64,000 nucleotides of DNA from Bispira polyomma (GCA_965649765.1 OZ287753.1:70246001-70310000), one strand, 5' to 3'. Shown: positions 1 to 13,169, counted from the first letter of the stretch. Program-made: numbers and translations. The notes: a model not told the origin generated them from the sequence alone.

Positions 1-1094
1 AGAAAGTCTCAAAGTCCATGTGTAACTATAGTATATGCTGTACTGTGCAGGCAATATGTGTATATTATCAATGTCCTGCATTATCTGTGTGTATTTGTCT
101 TATTGCCAGACTTCTGCATCACCTACGAGTATGCCTGTCATGGACAGTGCCTAACACACCCCATCTGAATAATAAAGTTAACTTGGGGGTATATTGAATT
201 TATTATAAATATGTATATAGATAATTCAAATTGTATAAGTATGACTCTAACTACTTGTATATTTACATCTCTTTATAGTTTACACAATTAACTTTAAGTA
301 TATAGCCACATTTTAAAACCTTAAGTTGAGGTTTACATAATTAACTTTAAGAAAATCAAATAGCAAAATCAAATTATAATAGCAATGGATGTGTACATAA
401 TTGTACTTGTGTCTTATAAGAAGGTGAATATACAGACTTAATGAGTAGAAGGCATGGTTGTATGGTAATAATTGTATAGTAATAAGAAATACTAGTAAAA
501 GTAATTCCAATGTGTGTGTGCCAGACAGAAATCACACTTAATCAGGACATCTGTAGTTTTTAGTATTAGTATCTGATCTGGTTTTAGTAGTTTTATTAGA
601 GGGTCTGCACATGATGCCTATGTAAATAGCACAGGTGAATATTACAGCCTGATGCACAATCTAAGGTCATCTTAAATTTATAATTGACCCTCAAGTCACT
701 GGGTTTCCTAGTATTACCTACCATTTTGTCAGGTGGGTAATACCTGGCCCGGTTTTTCATCTCAACCCTGCAGTTCAACATAAACCACAGATGAATACTA
801 TTTAAATCTATGACATTTATATATTTTTTATACAAAAACACCTCTTCCATTAGATCACTAACAAGAGAACTTACAATCGATTCCCTTTATGCAGAACTGA
901 ATTTATTTATTTTGTGAAAATGTGAGAAGGGAAAAAATTACCTAGTCCTGCTGGGGCATTTTATTTTTAAAACTACCTGGTTAAGTGACATTAATGGTAT
1001 TTACTCTGGTTATTTCATACTATCTCCTCTACAGAACATCCACATGACTGTACAATCATATACCTTAAGTTATATATATATTAATATTTAATCC

Positions 1095-1440
1095 ACAGGG
1101 GATGCATATAACGGTGTGCATTCCTTTATATAAATATATCTCCCACAGGGAATGTATATAACTGTGTACATTTATTTACACATATGTTCCACAGAGAATA
1201 CACATAACATTCCTTTACATTAATATATATTACACAGAGAATGCATATAACTGTGTACATTTATTTGTATTAATATAAAAATATTCCACAGAGAATGCAT
1301 ATAACTGTGTACATTTATTTATGCTAGTACTTACACCACACAGAATGCATATAACTGTGTACATTTATTTATGCTAGTATTTACACCACAGAGAATGCAT
1401 ATAACTGTGTACATTTATTTATGTCGATATTATACCACAG
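1095..1440. repeat. Minisatellite, ~50 bp unit (ccacagagaatgcatataactgtgtacatttattt...), ~7 copies
   Basis: Repeated core ccacag(a/g)gaatgcatataactgtgtacatttattt read directly between 1092 and 1440. Confidence 0.9.
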
Positions 1441-2820
1441 AGGCTAACACCTTTGGTAATTTCTTTTTTGAGATTAGGTCCACCTTACAGTCTTCATTAT
1501 CAACGGCAATCACTAGACCTCAGCTCATAAAACACACTTTCTTTATTTTTACAACAGTATCTGAGCAGGACTTGCTCAAAATTTTACAATCCTCCCCCTC
1601 TAAATCGTGTGACCTCGATCCCCTTTTCGTCCTCACTGGTCACTCCCATTACGAAAATTGTCAATTGCTCACTCAAAAAACCCAGCCTGGACAGAAACAT
1701 CCTAAAGAACTACAGACCGGTGTGGAATCTCAGTTTTATTTCAAAACTCACTGAGAAGGTTGTGACGAAACAGCTTAATGGATTTATCTACCAAGAAGGT
1801 ATTACAAATGTTAACCAATCTGCATACCGGAGCTTTCACTCCACAGAGACCGCTCTACTCAAGATTCAAAATGATATAGCTACTTCAGTGGACTCGGGAA
1901 AGGCAGTGGCCCTTACATTACTGGACCTCTCTGCAGCTTTTGACACCATTGATCACTCCATTTTATATGACTGTTTATCGGACTGGTTTGAAATTAATGG
2001 GACTGTATTACTGTGGATCAAATCCTACCTCCGAGATCGTAAACAAAAAATCAATATTGCTAGCAGTTTTTCTAGGGTCTTTTTGCTCCCCTTCGGTGTT
2101 CCCCAAGGTTCTGTCTTAGGTCCTCTGCTTTTTACCCTGTACAATACCCCCCTCAGTCAAGTCATTTCAAAGTTTAATGTTACCCATCACCTGTATGCTG
2201 ACGACACACAGATATACCTAGCAGTGGACTCCAGGAACTTTGACTCAAGTATTGCCAAGCTCACTGACTGTTTAAAATCAGTCCAGGAGTGGATGGATTG
2301 TGCAAAATTAAAACTTAACCCAGATAAAACAGAGTTCATTATTATAGGTAACAAACCCACCACAGAGTCACTTACACCAAAATTTCCTATTTCATTCCTC
2401 CAAACCAATATCACTCCATCATTGGAGGTAAAAAAACCGGGGTGTCATCTTTGACTCGGACAACTCGTTTGACAACCATGTTGCCAAGGTTTGCCATGCC
2501 TGTTACTATCATCTATGTGACTTGCGAAAAATTTGTAGATTCCTTTGCGCTGATACTGCAGTTCTGGTGGCAAATGCTATGGTCAGTAAACGCTTGGACT
2601 ACTGCAACTCTTTACTATACGGGGTCAGTAAGGCTAATATTGCCTAACTCCAGAGAGTCCAAAATGCTCTCTGTCGCATTGTTTACAGGCTCAACAGATT
2701 CAGCCATGTCACCTCTTACCTTCAAAAACTCCACTGGCTTCCCATTGAACATCGCATCCTGTTCAAGTACAACCTGCTAGTTTTTAAAGCTATTAACTAT
2801 TCCCAACCTCCCTACATATC
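1441..2820 (+). mobile_element. L2-clade (CR1/L2 group) LINE ORF2 fragment, RT domain, frameshifted and truncated at both ends
   Basis: ORF track: SCDLDP, NYRPVWNLSFISK, LLDLSAAFDTIDH, GVPQGSVLGPLLF, YADDTQIY, KLNPDKTE. Frameshifts near 1620 and 2440; continues as LDYCNSLL...KLHWLP. Confidence 0.92.
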
Positions 2821-3126
2821 TTTTACCCTGCAGAGAATGCCTTTCACCGTGTATTAATGCTCTGTATATTAATGTCTTCTCTGGCAATATACCTTAAAGA
2901 AATTATTAATCTGTACAGTTCATTTAGAGTAAATTATACGAGTAACACTGATGACAATTTTGTCAAACAAATCTTTCTAATATATCACTTTTTTACTTCG
3001 ACTGAATGCTAATGTTTTCATTGATGACCTTAGTAATAAATTTTGCCAATGATTGGTTCTCTTATTTGGAAGATTTAGTGCCTAAGAAGTACTAAATTAC
3101 ATTCAGTTAGATTATATACTCCACAG

Positions 3127-3254
3127 AACATGACCACAACGACTGTATACCACTATATTATGCCTGCGATGGATATCCTGATTGCGCCAATAAGAGCGAT
3201 GAAAACCAAACATGGTGTGACTCACTGCCCCCGACAGAGTGTTCTGACGATGAG
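3127..3254 (+). CDS. LDLa-repeat gene, exon (HDHNDCIPLYYACDGYPDCANKSDENQTWCDSLPPTECSDDE)
   Basis: ccacag acceptor and gag|gtatgg donor; LDLa signature CxxxxxxCDGxxDCxxxSDE; phase 1 to 0. Confidence 0.88.
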
Positions 3255-5124
3255 GTATGGTATAATGTTTTTTTTTAATTGGAATATTTAATGTCCACTC
3301 TAGTACCTCTTTAGGTTATATTGGGACGGATAGTTGGAAACGCTGGAGGAAACACTGCATACAGTTGATCAAGATTCTGCACTGAAACCAGTGATTGTGA
3401 AGTGCAATGCTTGCTAACCACTAGGCCACTACAGCCCCCGTATGGTATTATAAAGCTGAATTGTAGTCAGCAATGTTTTATAATGCTATTTTGGGGAGAA
3501 GTCCCTAGCTACAGGCTGAGGACAAGCTAATCTCAGAACTTACAAGGATCTGTTCTTTCATATTTAGTGTACATATGGGGTCTTTTACAGTGATGATTCT
3601 TTGATAATTTAGTGTTAATACAGCTATAAATAAGAGAGAAACAGCCATTTTCGGTTCTTGTAATCGTAACATGTGATTGTCAGTTTGGGGGGCATTTGAC
3701 ATTATTATTGGATTTCCCAGCTTTTGAGATATCTTTGCCAATTGTCGCGTTCATAACTTGTCCATACTCTGTGATACTCCATTCACTAAAAATATCCATT
3801 AATGAATTTGTCATAATCTTGGTGTTTAGGAAATTCCCATGACGTCAGTGATAACTCAATGAATTGATATCTCGAAAATATGCTGGAATATAGCAGTAAT
3901 ATTCTAAATATTTTACTGCAATTAATGACTGTATATTCATTAATATCCAACCTAACATTTATGTTTTAGTATCACCAGTAACCTATTACTTTGTGACTTT
4001 TAACTCTAATAAATGTTAGTGAGCAATTAATACACTTTCTGACGCTTTTACAGAAATAAAATCTATTTGATATTGACTTAGATATTATATTTACTGAGAT
4101 ATACTCATTCTAAAATATATAAAATGCCCACAGTGCTGTCGTCCATGTTCCTTATTTGCTTGAACCACAATGCGCATGCTTAGAATATTGCATCACATGT
4201 CCAGACTCTGTAGTACACTTTTCACCAAAAAATCACATGTCCATCTTCAGTGCGCATACAGGACAGGAGTACTATTACTGCCAGTTATAAAATCTATCAC
4301 CATGTTACTTGATACGAAAAAACATATAGAAACAATAAATATCATTGTCTCTGCAAGTATGTATAATTTCTTTTATTCTAAAACTTTTATTTGTGTTATA
4401 AATGTGTGATTGTCCAGTGCCTGAACTATTAAGTATCTATACACCTAGAAACCCAGATATTTGAAATAAATAATACTATAATGCACCCACTCAAGTCATT
4501 TGGGATTTCTGTTTGCCAACTTAAGGTTGAAGGCCATTTAGGTCAACCTAATGAGGAAATTAAAAGTGGACTTGCAAATGATTGCTTATATTTATGATGT
4601 TTGCCCACTAATATGCAGTAAAATATGACAATACAAGAACTTCAACATTATTAGGATTTTAGAAAATGGCATTTGTGAAAGAGCTATTTTAGGGAATATT
4701 TTATCAAATGATTTGCTTCAGTGAATGGAAATATAAGACATTTTGACAGCTAACTAGCGACTGGTCCTTTATTTTCCAGAATCGTTTTTGCCCAAATTCT
4801 GTCCACATATTGGAGGCGAATGCTCAGTAACTTACCTTATTATATAACACATATTTGCATACCTTGCGAGTTCACACATCTCTTCACTAAAATTTACTTT
4901 TATTCTGCACTTGTAGGAGAATATATTTTATTTTCTGGCTGATGTTTTGTTCTCTGGCATCTGAGATATATGACCAATACACTGAATGCTTGTGTTAAAA
5001 CTTGAAACCAGTGGAGTCAGCAGAGTATGCAGCCTGTTGCCCCTCTATTCTCATCTTGTATATATATTATACCGGGTTAAGGTCTATCAAATATTATCTC
5101 TTACCATTACTTCATCTATTACAT

Positions 5125-5937
5125 AGACTGAGTTTATAATCTTTGGCTCAAAACGACAGAGGGAGAAGTTAAAAGCTTGGTTTCCAGTTGACATCCTGGG
5201 TAGCCCTTTCAGCCGAGCTGATTCTGTCAAGAACCTGGGTGTATGGTTTGACTCTGACTTTTCCTTTTCTAAACACATTCAGAGTGTCTGCAAAAGTTGT
5301 TTTGTGCAACTCTAGGATTACTGCAATTCACTTTTTATGAGTCTCTAAAAGTTTACTTTACGTAAATATCAATGCATTCAAAATAGTGCAGCTAAAATTG
5401 TGTCAAATACCGGTTGATACACCAGTATAACTCCTATTCTTAAAAAATTGCATTGGCTCCCTGTTGAACAGCGTTCAGTGTTATAAACAGCTACACTTGT
5501 TTATAAGTTTCTTCACACTGGGTTTCCAAGGTATTTTGCCCCATATCTTTCCTCTTACAGTAGTTCCTATAATACCAGACGCAGTCAGAGTGGTAGTAAT
5601 TTCCTTGTAGTTCCAAAGTTCCACACGTCTACTCAATTAATGTTTGGTCACAGCTTTGCTTTTGATGCTCCCATTGTTTGGAATGCTCTTCCTGATGTAA
5701 TTCATGCTTCCCCCTCACTAGCCTCTTTTAGAAAGCAGCTTAAACCCCCACTTGTACACCAAAGCGTACCCAACTTAGTCTCAATCATTCCGGGGCACGC
5801 TCTGTGGTGCTCGACCCTTTTCTGTCCTTTGATATTGAAAATTGAATTATTGTCTTTTGTGCTGTTGCGCCTTAGAGTCTCCATCGTTAAGGGGAGATTA
5901 AGCGCTATAAAAGTCTAATTACAATTACAATTACAAA
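5125..5937 (+). mobile_element. 5'-truncated L2-clade LINE with 3' stem-loop and (ATTACA)n tail
   Basis: KTEFIIFGSKRQREKL, KNLGVWFDSD, KKLHWLP, FAFDAPIVWNALP; ends gcgccttag...ttaagcgctataaaagtctaattacaattacaattaca. Confidence 0.88.
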
Positions 5938-6984
5938 GGCATCCATTATATTATTGTTGTTTTTAGGTTATTATTATTATTACATTGTCATCTAGTTATA
6001 TATTACAGTAAATAAAACAAAATAAAACATTATTGAACTTTAAACTACCAATAACAAAAACACATAACTAAATAGTCGAATAAAAAATTGACCAACTTAA
6101 CATTAAAGTATTCAGATTATCAAAACTTTAATCATGCTATATATTTCTCAGCCACACTTAAATCGATACATTAGAATTTGGTTGAAAAATAATAGACCAA
6201 ATATGTTACTTTGGCAATATATTACTATTTACATTTTTAATAACGACTATCTATTAACTTTTAAATTTTGACGAATCTATTATTATTTTTTTCTGATACT
6301 TCTGTTACATTTGCCCCAATCCTGACAAGCGCTTTGGTTTTCCAAACTACTCTTACATATTATATTACTATAATGAGTCTTTTTGATGAATCTATTACCT
6401 TTCTATTACTTCCATTACATTGACCTCAAGCCTGACATTATATTCATCATATGTCAGTAAAAATAACCACTGTTCTAAAGAATGCTATATTCCTGTGAAT
6501 TACACCTACATATATCACTGTTGAGTTACGATATACTCTGAGTCAGTAATATATACCTTATATCTTCACCCATTCAGTGAAATTTACAAATACTTGATCT
6601 TTAAGTACTAATACAAATTTTGATTTTTAGAAAAGTTAAATTTCTAAGCTATTTTTCAGCACATCACATAAAAGGAGAGTTATTGGTTCAATTAGCAATT
6701 TACAATTCTGTTTGGTTCAGTTAGTCTTTGTCTCCAACCAAGTAACCAAAATTGACTTGAGGATTTTAAACTTTTCAAATACTGCAAGGTTATTCGTAGA
6801 CAGTCATTTAAATTTCTTATTTCTAGTGTCACCTGTTTTCAAGAATTTTCTTAAACATATTATGTAGATTTGGGTTCTAGGATGGATGATATTTTCAGTT
6901 TTATTTCTTCTACAAAATTTCTCAACAATTAAAAAAAAAGGACATCTCTAATGTAGGCATAGCTTGGAAAGTAACTAAAAAAAG

Positions 6985-7535
6985 TCATGTTGTAGTCCAA
7001 ATGACTACCAGATTAGGTTGGTGATTGTATGTTGTAGTCCAAATGGCTACCAGATAAGGTTGGGAAATGGCTACCGGATTAGGTTCGGAGATTGTATGTT
7101 GTAGTATAAATGGTTACCAGATCAGGTTAGGAGATGGTATGCTATAGTGTAAATGGCTACCAAATTAGGTTGGACCGCATTATGTTGTACTATAAATGGC
7201 TAACCGATAAGGTTGGACCGCGGTATGTTATAGTATAAATGACTACCAGATTAGGTTGAATGGTGGTATGTTATATTATAAATGGCTACCAGATTAGGTT
7301 GAACGGAGGTATGTTATAGTAAAAATGGATACCAGATTAGGTTGAACGGCGTATGCCATGGTATAATTGGTTACTAGTTTAGTTTGGATGGGGGCATGCT
7401 ATATTATAAATGGCTACCAGATTAGGTTGGACAAGGGTATGTTGTAGTATAAATGGCTACCAGAATATGTTGGGATATGGTATGTTGTATTATAACTGGC
7501 TACCAGATTATGTTGGGAGATGGTGTGCTGTAGTA
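6985..7535. repeat. Minisatellite, ~43 bp unit (gtatgttgtagtataaatggctaccagattaggttgg...), ~13 copies, intronic
   Basis: Tandem copies of aaatggctaccagattaggttg read directly. Confidence 0.93.
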
Positions 7536-7745
7536 TGTTGTTTCTAAAGATATAATGAAACTAGTATATTTTCACCCTGTAAATTAAAATCAAGTCATTG
7601 CTCATTGTATTATATATATTTGTTTTATGGACGAAGTAAAATTTGCTTTAACTGTGAACTATTCTCACATACAAGATGATAATATGTTATATCAGTGATG
7701 GAAAAATAATTTCTGAATGTGACTTATTTCCTATATTTGTGACAG

Positions 7746-7842
7746 TTTACATGTGAAAACAATCCACATTTATGTCGACCACTTAGATTAAAATGTGACT
7801 CTTGGGAGCAATGTTCGGACGGAAGTGACGAAAGAAACTGTA
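7746..7842 (+). CDS. LDLa-repeat gene, exon (FTCENNPHLCRPLRLKCDSWEQCSDGSDERNC)
   Basis: gacag acceptor and a|gtaagt donor. Phase 0 joins CSDDE of the previous exon to complete a six-Cys LDLa repeat ending CSDGSDERNC. Confidence 0.9.
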
Positions 7843-9333
7843 GTAAGTATATATGTAACAGCAATTTTGTGAAATCAATCTGTAACTACACAGATTGTCT
7901 GAATAGTAATACAATATATGTATCATGGTGTTAAACTTTTCTTAAAATGTCTAAATATATTGTTATATTTAGGTACACAAATATCCACATGTATTAAATA
8001 TGATAAGATGTTTTTTCATCATTTTACAATGAATTGAGTATAATTATCTGACAAAATATGGACAATTTTTTTCCGCTACTTTTTCAGTGGCACACATCAA
8101 ATATTTACTTTATTATTTTACTTTAAGTACTTTGTTAGAAAATTAATACATGTCATATTTCTTTGAAGTAATTCTGAAATATTACCAATAATTTACCAGT
8201 TACATTATCCTTCTAAAATCTCATTTTGAACTACGACTTAAGCTCCACTTTAAGGTGCATATATATATAAGTTAAAATTATCCAGAAGTAGAACCAAAAC
8301 CAATGGATATCGGGCAGTCTCTACTGTATATGGGCAAGGCATGAACATATTATAATGAACCCTGGCATTGATGTTTTAACAGATGACACACAAAGGAGTA
8401 TTGGTGATGTAGATGAAAATTTGACACTGAGGTCAAATATTGCTGGAAAGAAACAACATGCCAATAGAATGTATGATATTTTAACTTTGGGTGTTGTTAT
8501 AAAATGAACATGTTCTGTCATATGCTGCCCAGGTAGTGTATTATAGAAAATCAATACAAACATTTAAACATCTGGCAGTTTGTATACAGCTTGCTGGTAA
8601 GTCCAGCCTTTTAGCAATGTGGGTAACACGTCCGCCTCTGTATGACCATAAACACAGAATATGAACCTATAGAGAAACCTTAAGCAAACCAACCACTGCC
8701 GTACTTGTTTGACAAGTAGTCTTTTCAAGTGTCAACTGTTCAACCACCAGTATCACGACCCCACGTTTCTGACTATTTAAAGTTTTAAAGAAACCTTCAC
8801 CCTCCCAAATTCAAAATGTCCTTACTGTTTGTTATCCTGTTTTATATAATAGAGGTTCAACTGTATACAGAATGCAGTTTTCTGAATTTTAATCATGATG
8901 GGAATAAGTACAGTAAGTGTATTAAATAACAAGCTTTATGAAACATCAAATAGCCATTATTTCTGTCAACAGGTCACACAGGGAACTTAGTAGAGTGCAT
9001 ACCTCCATCAAGGTGTCACAATAAGGTTCAAACAATATGGTCTACTAGCTGCCATTTTGCTGCATTTTGCTGATTTTGGTTAAGCTTACTGTTTTGACCT
9101 TTTAAAAATCACTTCACCAAGTTTACTTCATCAAGAAATAGATGGATGAAGTACTAACTAAAACCTGGAATATAAGCATTTATAAACGAGTGAAAATAGC
9201 CCAAACAAACATCAATACTGATAATAATTATGAGTACCAGTTATATGGGTTAAGTTTTCCTATAATATGTGATTTTCTGTTTGGCATTAAAATGTGTGTA
9301 CGCTGTTAACCAACACTGGTATGTTTCTCCCAG

Positions 9334-9409
9334 AAAAACAAGCATGCAGAAAGATGATACAAAGATCAAGGACAAGAAGAATGTAGACAAGGCACAGAAG
9401 CTGCTTAAG
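9334..9409 (+). CDS. LDLa-repeat gene, probable C-terminal-region exon (KTSMQKDDTKIKDKKNVDKAQKLLK)
   Basis: tttctcccag acceptor, aag|gtatga donor; only one open frame (phase 2 to 0). Confidence 0.6.
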
Positions 9410-10290
9410 GTATGAAATCTGTTAATGTACAATTAATTGTTACATTAAAACAAACACAGTATCAAGTTATGCATTTTTATTGTTTTATTGTATATAATCA
9501 GTGTACTACTAATTATAGGTTACAATTTAATTTCTGCATATTTGAAGTAAATTTGTAACTCATGTCTTTTAGAAGAGAAATTTATAATTTTTATTAACAG
9601 AAACTATAGATGTATAGCCAAATGTTACAAGGATATAATAGACGTAAACAACTCAGTACACAAAATATATGATCAGCCAAAACCATAAACTAAGAAACCA
9701 ATGTAAAATATGTGAGAAAACCATACACATCTGTCCGGCTAAACTGGCAATATGAAATGTGACAACTTTACCACCACAATTACCAGAAATGCCTACAATT
9801 TAGGCTCCACCCACTGAAGTAATTCTACATCACTCGACTCGTATGTTATCTATTTCGAAAAGAAAGCTATTTATATTCTTAGTTTTTATAAAATAGGGAA
9901 CATATTTAAAAAAAAAATCTTTGAAACAAATATAGACATTTGCTAAAGGGGTATTTAGATTGCATGATGTCCTTATATATATGGGATCAATACCCGTTTG
10001 CAGATATTATAATCATTTTGTACATCAATGTAGAAGCTTAAAGATGTTTTTACTTAACAATATCATAAAATTATTTACTTAAAGCCTAATTAAAGGCTGC
10101 TAAACTGAGTATACAGGTTAAAACAAATTCCCGTAATTCTAAAACAATCTATTGGCCATTAGTTTGTGTATTTCTCTTAATAAACCTTTGAATACTCTGT
10201 ATAGATTTATTTCTGTAGAAGACAAATTGAACATTGTTACATTTATTTTATGATACAAGCTTTTAAGTTTAAACCCTTGTTATATTTTAG

Positions 10291-10359
10291 ACAAAGACTA
10301 CTCAGTTGAGAAAAGAAAGGAAGAATCAAGCTCTGGAAACATTCCATGGAAAACCCCCG
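10291..10359 (+). CDS. LDLa-repeat gene, probable exon (TKTTQLRKERKNQALETFHGKPP)
   Basis: ttatattttag acceptor, ccg|gtattt donor, 69 nt, phase-compatible with neighbouring exons. Confidence 0.55.
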
Positions 10360-10668
10360 GTATTTATTAATGCTGTACTGTAGTTGATGTACAGTAGAAT
10401 ATGGCCATTAGCCAAACTTCTCTTGTATTTATATTCCTACATTATACTCAGCACCAATTCTACTTTGTCTACTGTTATGTGGAATTCAAAGTGGTAATTA
10501 ACCTTTTTTGACTAAGTACCCCAACCATAGACTAACCATTTTGTGGCCATCTGCAACAGAGCAGTAGATTACTACACAGGTGGACATTAATTGGAAATAT
10601 ATACCTCACAAAATTGGTTATTTGATAGCACATGTAATAAACATATATAGAAAGCTCAAAATAATTTC

Positions 10669-10924
10669 GAGGACACGGTGGCCTAGTGGTTAGCAAGCAT
10701 TGCGCTTCACAATCACTGGTCTCTCACGTCTGGGATTGGCTGATTTGGGTTCGACTCCCGTTGATGCTTATGTGAGAAAGGTGGTAGTACCTTACAGTGT
10801 GCCGCTAGTTTCAGTGCAGAACCTTGATCAACTGTATGCAGTGTTTCCTCCATTGTTTCCTACCTGTCCTAATATAACCTAAACAGGTACTAGAGTGGAC
10901 GTTAAATATCCCAATTCAAATTCG
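10669..10924 (+). mobile_element. tRNA-derived SINE (same family as 58366-58614)
   Basis: A-box tggcctagtgg, B-box ggttcgactcc; flanked by aaataatttc/aaatgatttc TSD; aligns with the copy at 58366. Confidence 0.85.
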
Positions 10925-11689
10925 AAATGATTTCACTGGTATTTCAGATTTTTCGTTTAAAATCTATAAATCAATGTGGACAATAATTGGAAGGCTTGGC
11001 ATGTTTTATGTTTTTTGTGTGTCCTTGTTGAACATCATTTATCAATGATAAAGATGCTGTGCAGTTTAGGAACTACATGAGAATTTCATTCAGGGAAAGA
11101 TAATAAAAACAAATAACAATGTTAACACATAAACATTCAGGCTAAAACACACTTTCATGAAATAGCATTTTGAATTTAGGAAAAGGTTATTTTATTTATT
11201 TGTTTTATTTTGTTATTAGTTAATTGTTAAAAAATTGATAGCATGTTTTATTTACTGTGCTTCCTTTTGCGCATGATAATAACTCTGATATACTAGTTAA
11301 ATATATGACACAGGTAGCTATATGTAGCATAATTTGTCATAAATGGCAACAGTAAATCCTAAAAAATCAGCTCCCCAAGCAAATGGGAATTCCATATTCA
11401 ACAATCGATAAAAAAATATTTTAATTTGTCATTATTCAGCACAGGCTGAGAAAATGCATTAAATTGTCAAGGATTTACCTTTGTTTTATTTCAGATATTA
11501 ATCTAACAATTTACTGTTTATTGTTTCAAATAATATCCTTACCAGTTTATGTCCACCAAACTTTACAAATCTGACAGAGCACATAAATCAGACAAAAAGA
11601 ATCATCTTTCGATTTAGATTTCAGTGGTGATTAATGAAAAAGGGAATAGGACATTTGTTGTAGCACACTTACAGTGTAACACAGCGTCC

Positions 11690-11938
11690 TTTAAAATGCG
11701 CTTTCTTATGGGCAGCCACTATGGGCCCGAAGTGCTTGAGGATGATCATTTATCAACATCCCCAAGGATCTTTAATCTGCCACTGGAGATATAACTCAGT
11801 GACAGAAGACCCCCATTTGTGTTCACATCTTGCCTAAGGATGTTATCCCACCAAATGAAACTAGCAGCCGGTACAGGGAATAGAACCAGGGACCTTCTGA
11901 TCATCAGACCAACACCCTAACCACTAGACCACGGGGAA
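11690..11938 (-). mobile_element. tRNA-derived SINE (head related to 47221-47445)
   Basis: Reverse strand: ccgtggtctagtggttag A-box, ggttctattcc B-box, then gataacatccttaggcaagatgtgaac shared with the 47.3 kb SINE. Confidence 0.7.
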
Positions 11939-12604
11939 ATCCAATAGCTGTACACAACATTATAACTTTCCACCCACATATAAGAATTATTTATATAACC
12001 ATAGAAATGTGCCGTGTCAGTTTTTGTAAAGTTTTGTGAATAAAACCCCCCCCTCTGTTGCTAGTGGCTACAAAAAGCCAACCGAATGATGGTGAACCAG
12101 AAAAATATTAAACAACCCTATGTGTATCTAGCAGTATGTAGGCCATAGCTTTGATATTCAACTGGATAATTACCACATTTATAATTTGAAGTCATTTATT
12201 CTGGACTTAAAGTGCCAATTAACATTTACATGTACAGCGATCCAGCACCAGTAATTGACATTCTACTGAGTGAAGAAAGAAGACAGTTGATGACTATCTT
12301 TTGCATTTTGGCTATTTTTTGTCATTTACGGTGCATTTAATGCTAAATGGTCTTTTTTACAGCATATTTCTATGTACATCTACGAAGTGAGAAACAATAG
12401 AATATTATATTCTAACATGACACGGTAGTGTTGCCGATTCAGATTGGTTTAAAGCCTCGGTAAACATAACCGTATACACATGGACGAAAAATAGACTAAT
12501 TTTGTCTGCAGTGTAGGAATGCCCTGTGGATATAGTTCCTTCAATAATGTAAGTTTGCAGTAAAACAGCTGAAATGAAGTAAAACATTTAATTTGTCATG
12601 TTAG

Positions 12605-12638
12605 GATAGGAAGAACACATTCCAGAGCCTGATATACG
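12605..12638 (+). CDS. LDLa-repeat gene, probable penultimate exon (DRKNTFQSLIY)
   Basis: ttag acceptor, g|gtaatt donor; phase 0 to 1 fits the chain. Confidence 0.5.
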
Positions 12639-12724
12639 GTAATTTTTACCACTCTTCGTATTACTGCATTTTGTGAACAAATTGTACCTTTCCAAACCTT
12701 TCGTCTGTTTGTTTTTCACAACAG

Positions 12725-12765
12725 ACCAACATGAAAAGCCAGAGGATGAAGACCAAGCCACTTAA
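12725..12765 (+). CDS. LDLa-repeat gene, probable terminal exon (DQHEKPEDEDQAT*)
   Basis: tttttcacaacag acceptor, phase 1, TAA at 12763-12765, followed by AT-rich UTR-like sequence. Confidence 0.55.
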
Positions 12766-13169
12766 TGGATTTTAAGATGTCGACATGCTGTTGATTTCTG
12801 TTTGCCGAATTTTAGAAACTTAATTTAATTTCACTGAGAACATAATCTAGTTATGGTGTTGCTTGTAGTTTTTGCTTGCATATGACCTAATATTACATAT
12901 ATTTACACTTCTATTGGATGTATTCCAAAGCTGATTTTGGAAATATTTTTACATCTTCGTTTGCTTACCTATTTTACAATCTAATCTGAATTGATAAAGT
13001 GCATTGGTATCTAGTTCTATTTGAAGAAAAGGATATATTTTGTAGCTATTTCAACTATGTGGTTTACATTGAGAAAAGTATTACAAAACATTTTAAAACA
13101 GATAAAAGTGATTGCTACAGTTCTGTGGTCATTTTGTATACTACATATATACTGCTTTAGTTGCTACTT

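Noticed and set aside
4780-4830. Strong acceptor cctttattttccag inside the LDLa intron
   Set aside because: No convincing donor, the phase-0 reading stops quickly, and exons 3127 and 7746 already join into a complete LDLa repeat.
6985-7535. CRISPR-like repeat/spacer appearance of the minisatellites (also 1095-1440 and 46717-47190)
   Set aside because: The variable parts are short and homologous to each other, there are no unique spacers or cas genes, and the context is eukaryotic intron.
8973-9012. Phase 1-to-2 candidate exon GHTGNLVECIPPSR that would close the LDLa gene phase gap
   Set aside because: Weak donor (gtgtca), and the sequence matches a dispersed repeat motif (tacctc..ccaagg, also near 26045 and 52462).
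10669-10760. tRNA gene-like A/B boxes (also 11880-11938, 47380-47445, 55719-55795, 58366-58450)
   Set aside because: No complete cloverleaf; each continues into a shared body or tail, several with TSDs, so they are SINE heads.
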